The notes beneath the pieces are model-generated. The model was not told where the DNA came from. It saw only the letters and a list, made by a program, of their open reading frames with translations, and did no database searches. Source: Phoronis australis (Eukaryota; Animalia; Phoronida). Taken from it: a stretch of DNA of 64,000 nt. Both the position numbers and the translations under genes were made by a program. Below are positions 63,613 through 64,000 of the stretch, one piece after another; within the stretch, counting starts at the first letter, position 1, and every line of letters starts with the position of its first letter. The stretch lies in NCBI GenBank assembly GCA_002633005.1, contig NMRA01000265.1, positions 426,906-490,905 of the forward strand. The letters are read 5' to 3'.

Positions 63613-64000
63613 TTTTACCGAGCAGCCTTGTCTTGTGTTTATTTGACACAGCATCGTGCTCAGACGTAGCACGAAGTCTATATAAATTACATGATGAAAT
63701 CTACACGGTTCCAATATAAAAGGCACAACGCATGTACATAACACAGTTTTGTCCAGCCATAATAACGACACGAGCCATGAGATAGCACGCAGATCCAAGT
63801 CAGCGGCCGGGTCACGGGGTGTAATTCATAGAACACATTTGTATCTATGACAACGCGAGGGATGACACACATTGTGGCAAGGAATTCAGTCCAAAGCACT
63901 AAGAGTTAAGCACTACAATATTGGGCTATCATTGAAATCTAGTGGTCTATTTATACCAACCTCTTGTCTATTTACATTGTCACGACGTTTCGGTAGATCT

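Overview
AT-rich eukaryotic DNA, probably from a marine invertebrate, with no intact host gene that I can support. The window is a dense pile of mostly decayed transposons. It includes two TTAA-flanked Kolobok elements (THAP gene plus, in one, a clear P2X7-C-terminus-like KolX gene), two THAP-bearing ISL2EU-like copies, Harbinger, piggyBac and Penelope relics, a Polinton-like terminus, a solo-LTR-like insertion, SINEs, MITEs and a tRNA-Val pseudogene. Three things stand out. (1) A cut-and-paste transposase relic (54341-56553) is bracketed by direct repeats, and its ~660-bp unit also occurs alone at 37486-38144 with its own target-site duplication (KolobokP-like architecture). (2) A fragmented, intron-containing SGNH/GDSL hydrolase gene lies on the minus strand at 12.5-17.7 kb. 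(3) That gene's largest intron holds a three-level nested insertion stack. Most ORFs in the supplied track are spurious, and the 1.1-kb tandem duplication around the single N at 2864 is probably an assembly artefact. All family calls rest on motifs and termini read by eye; no database search was run.
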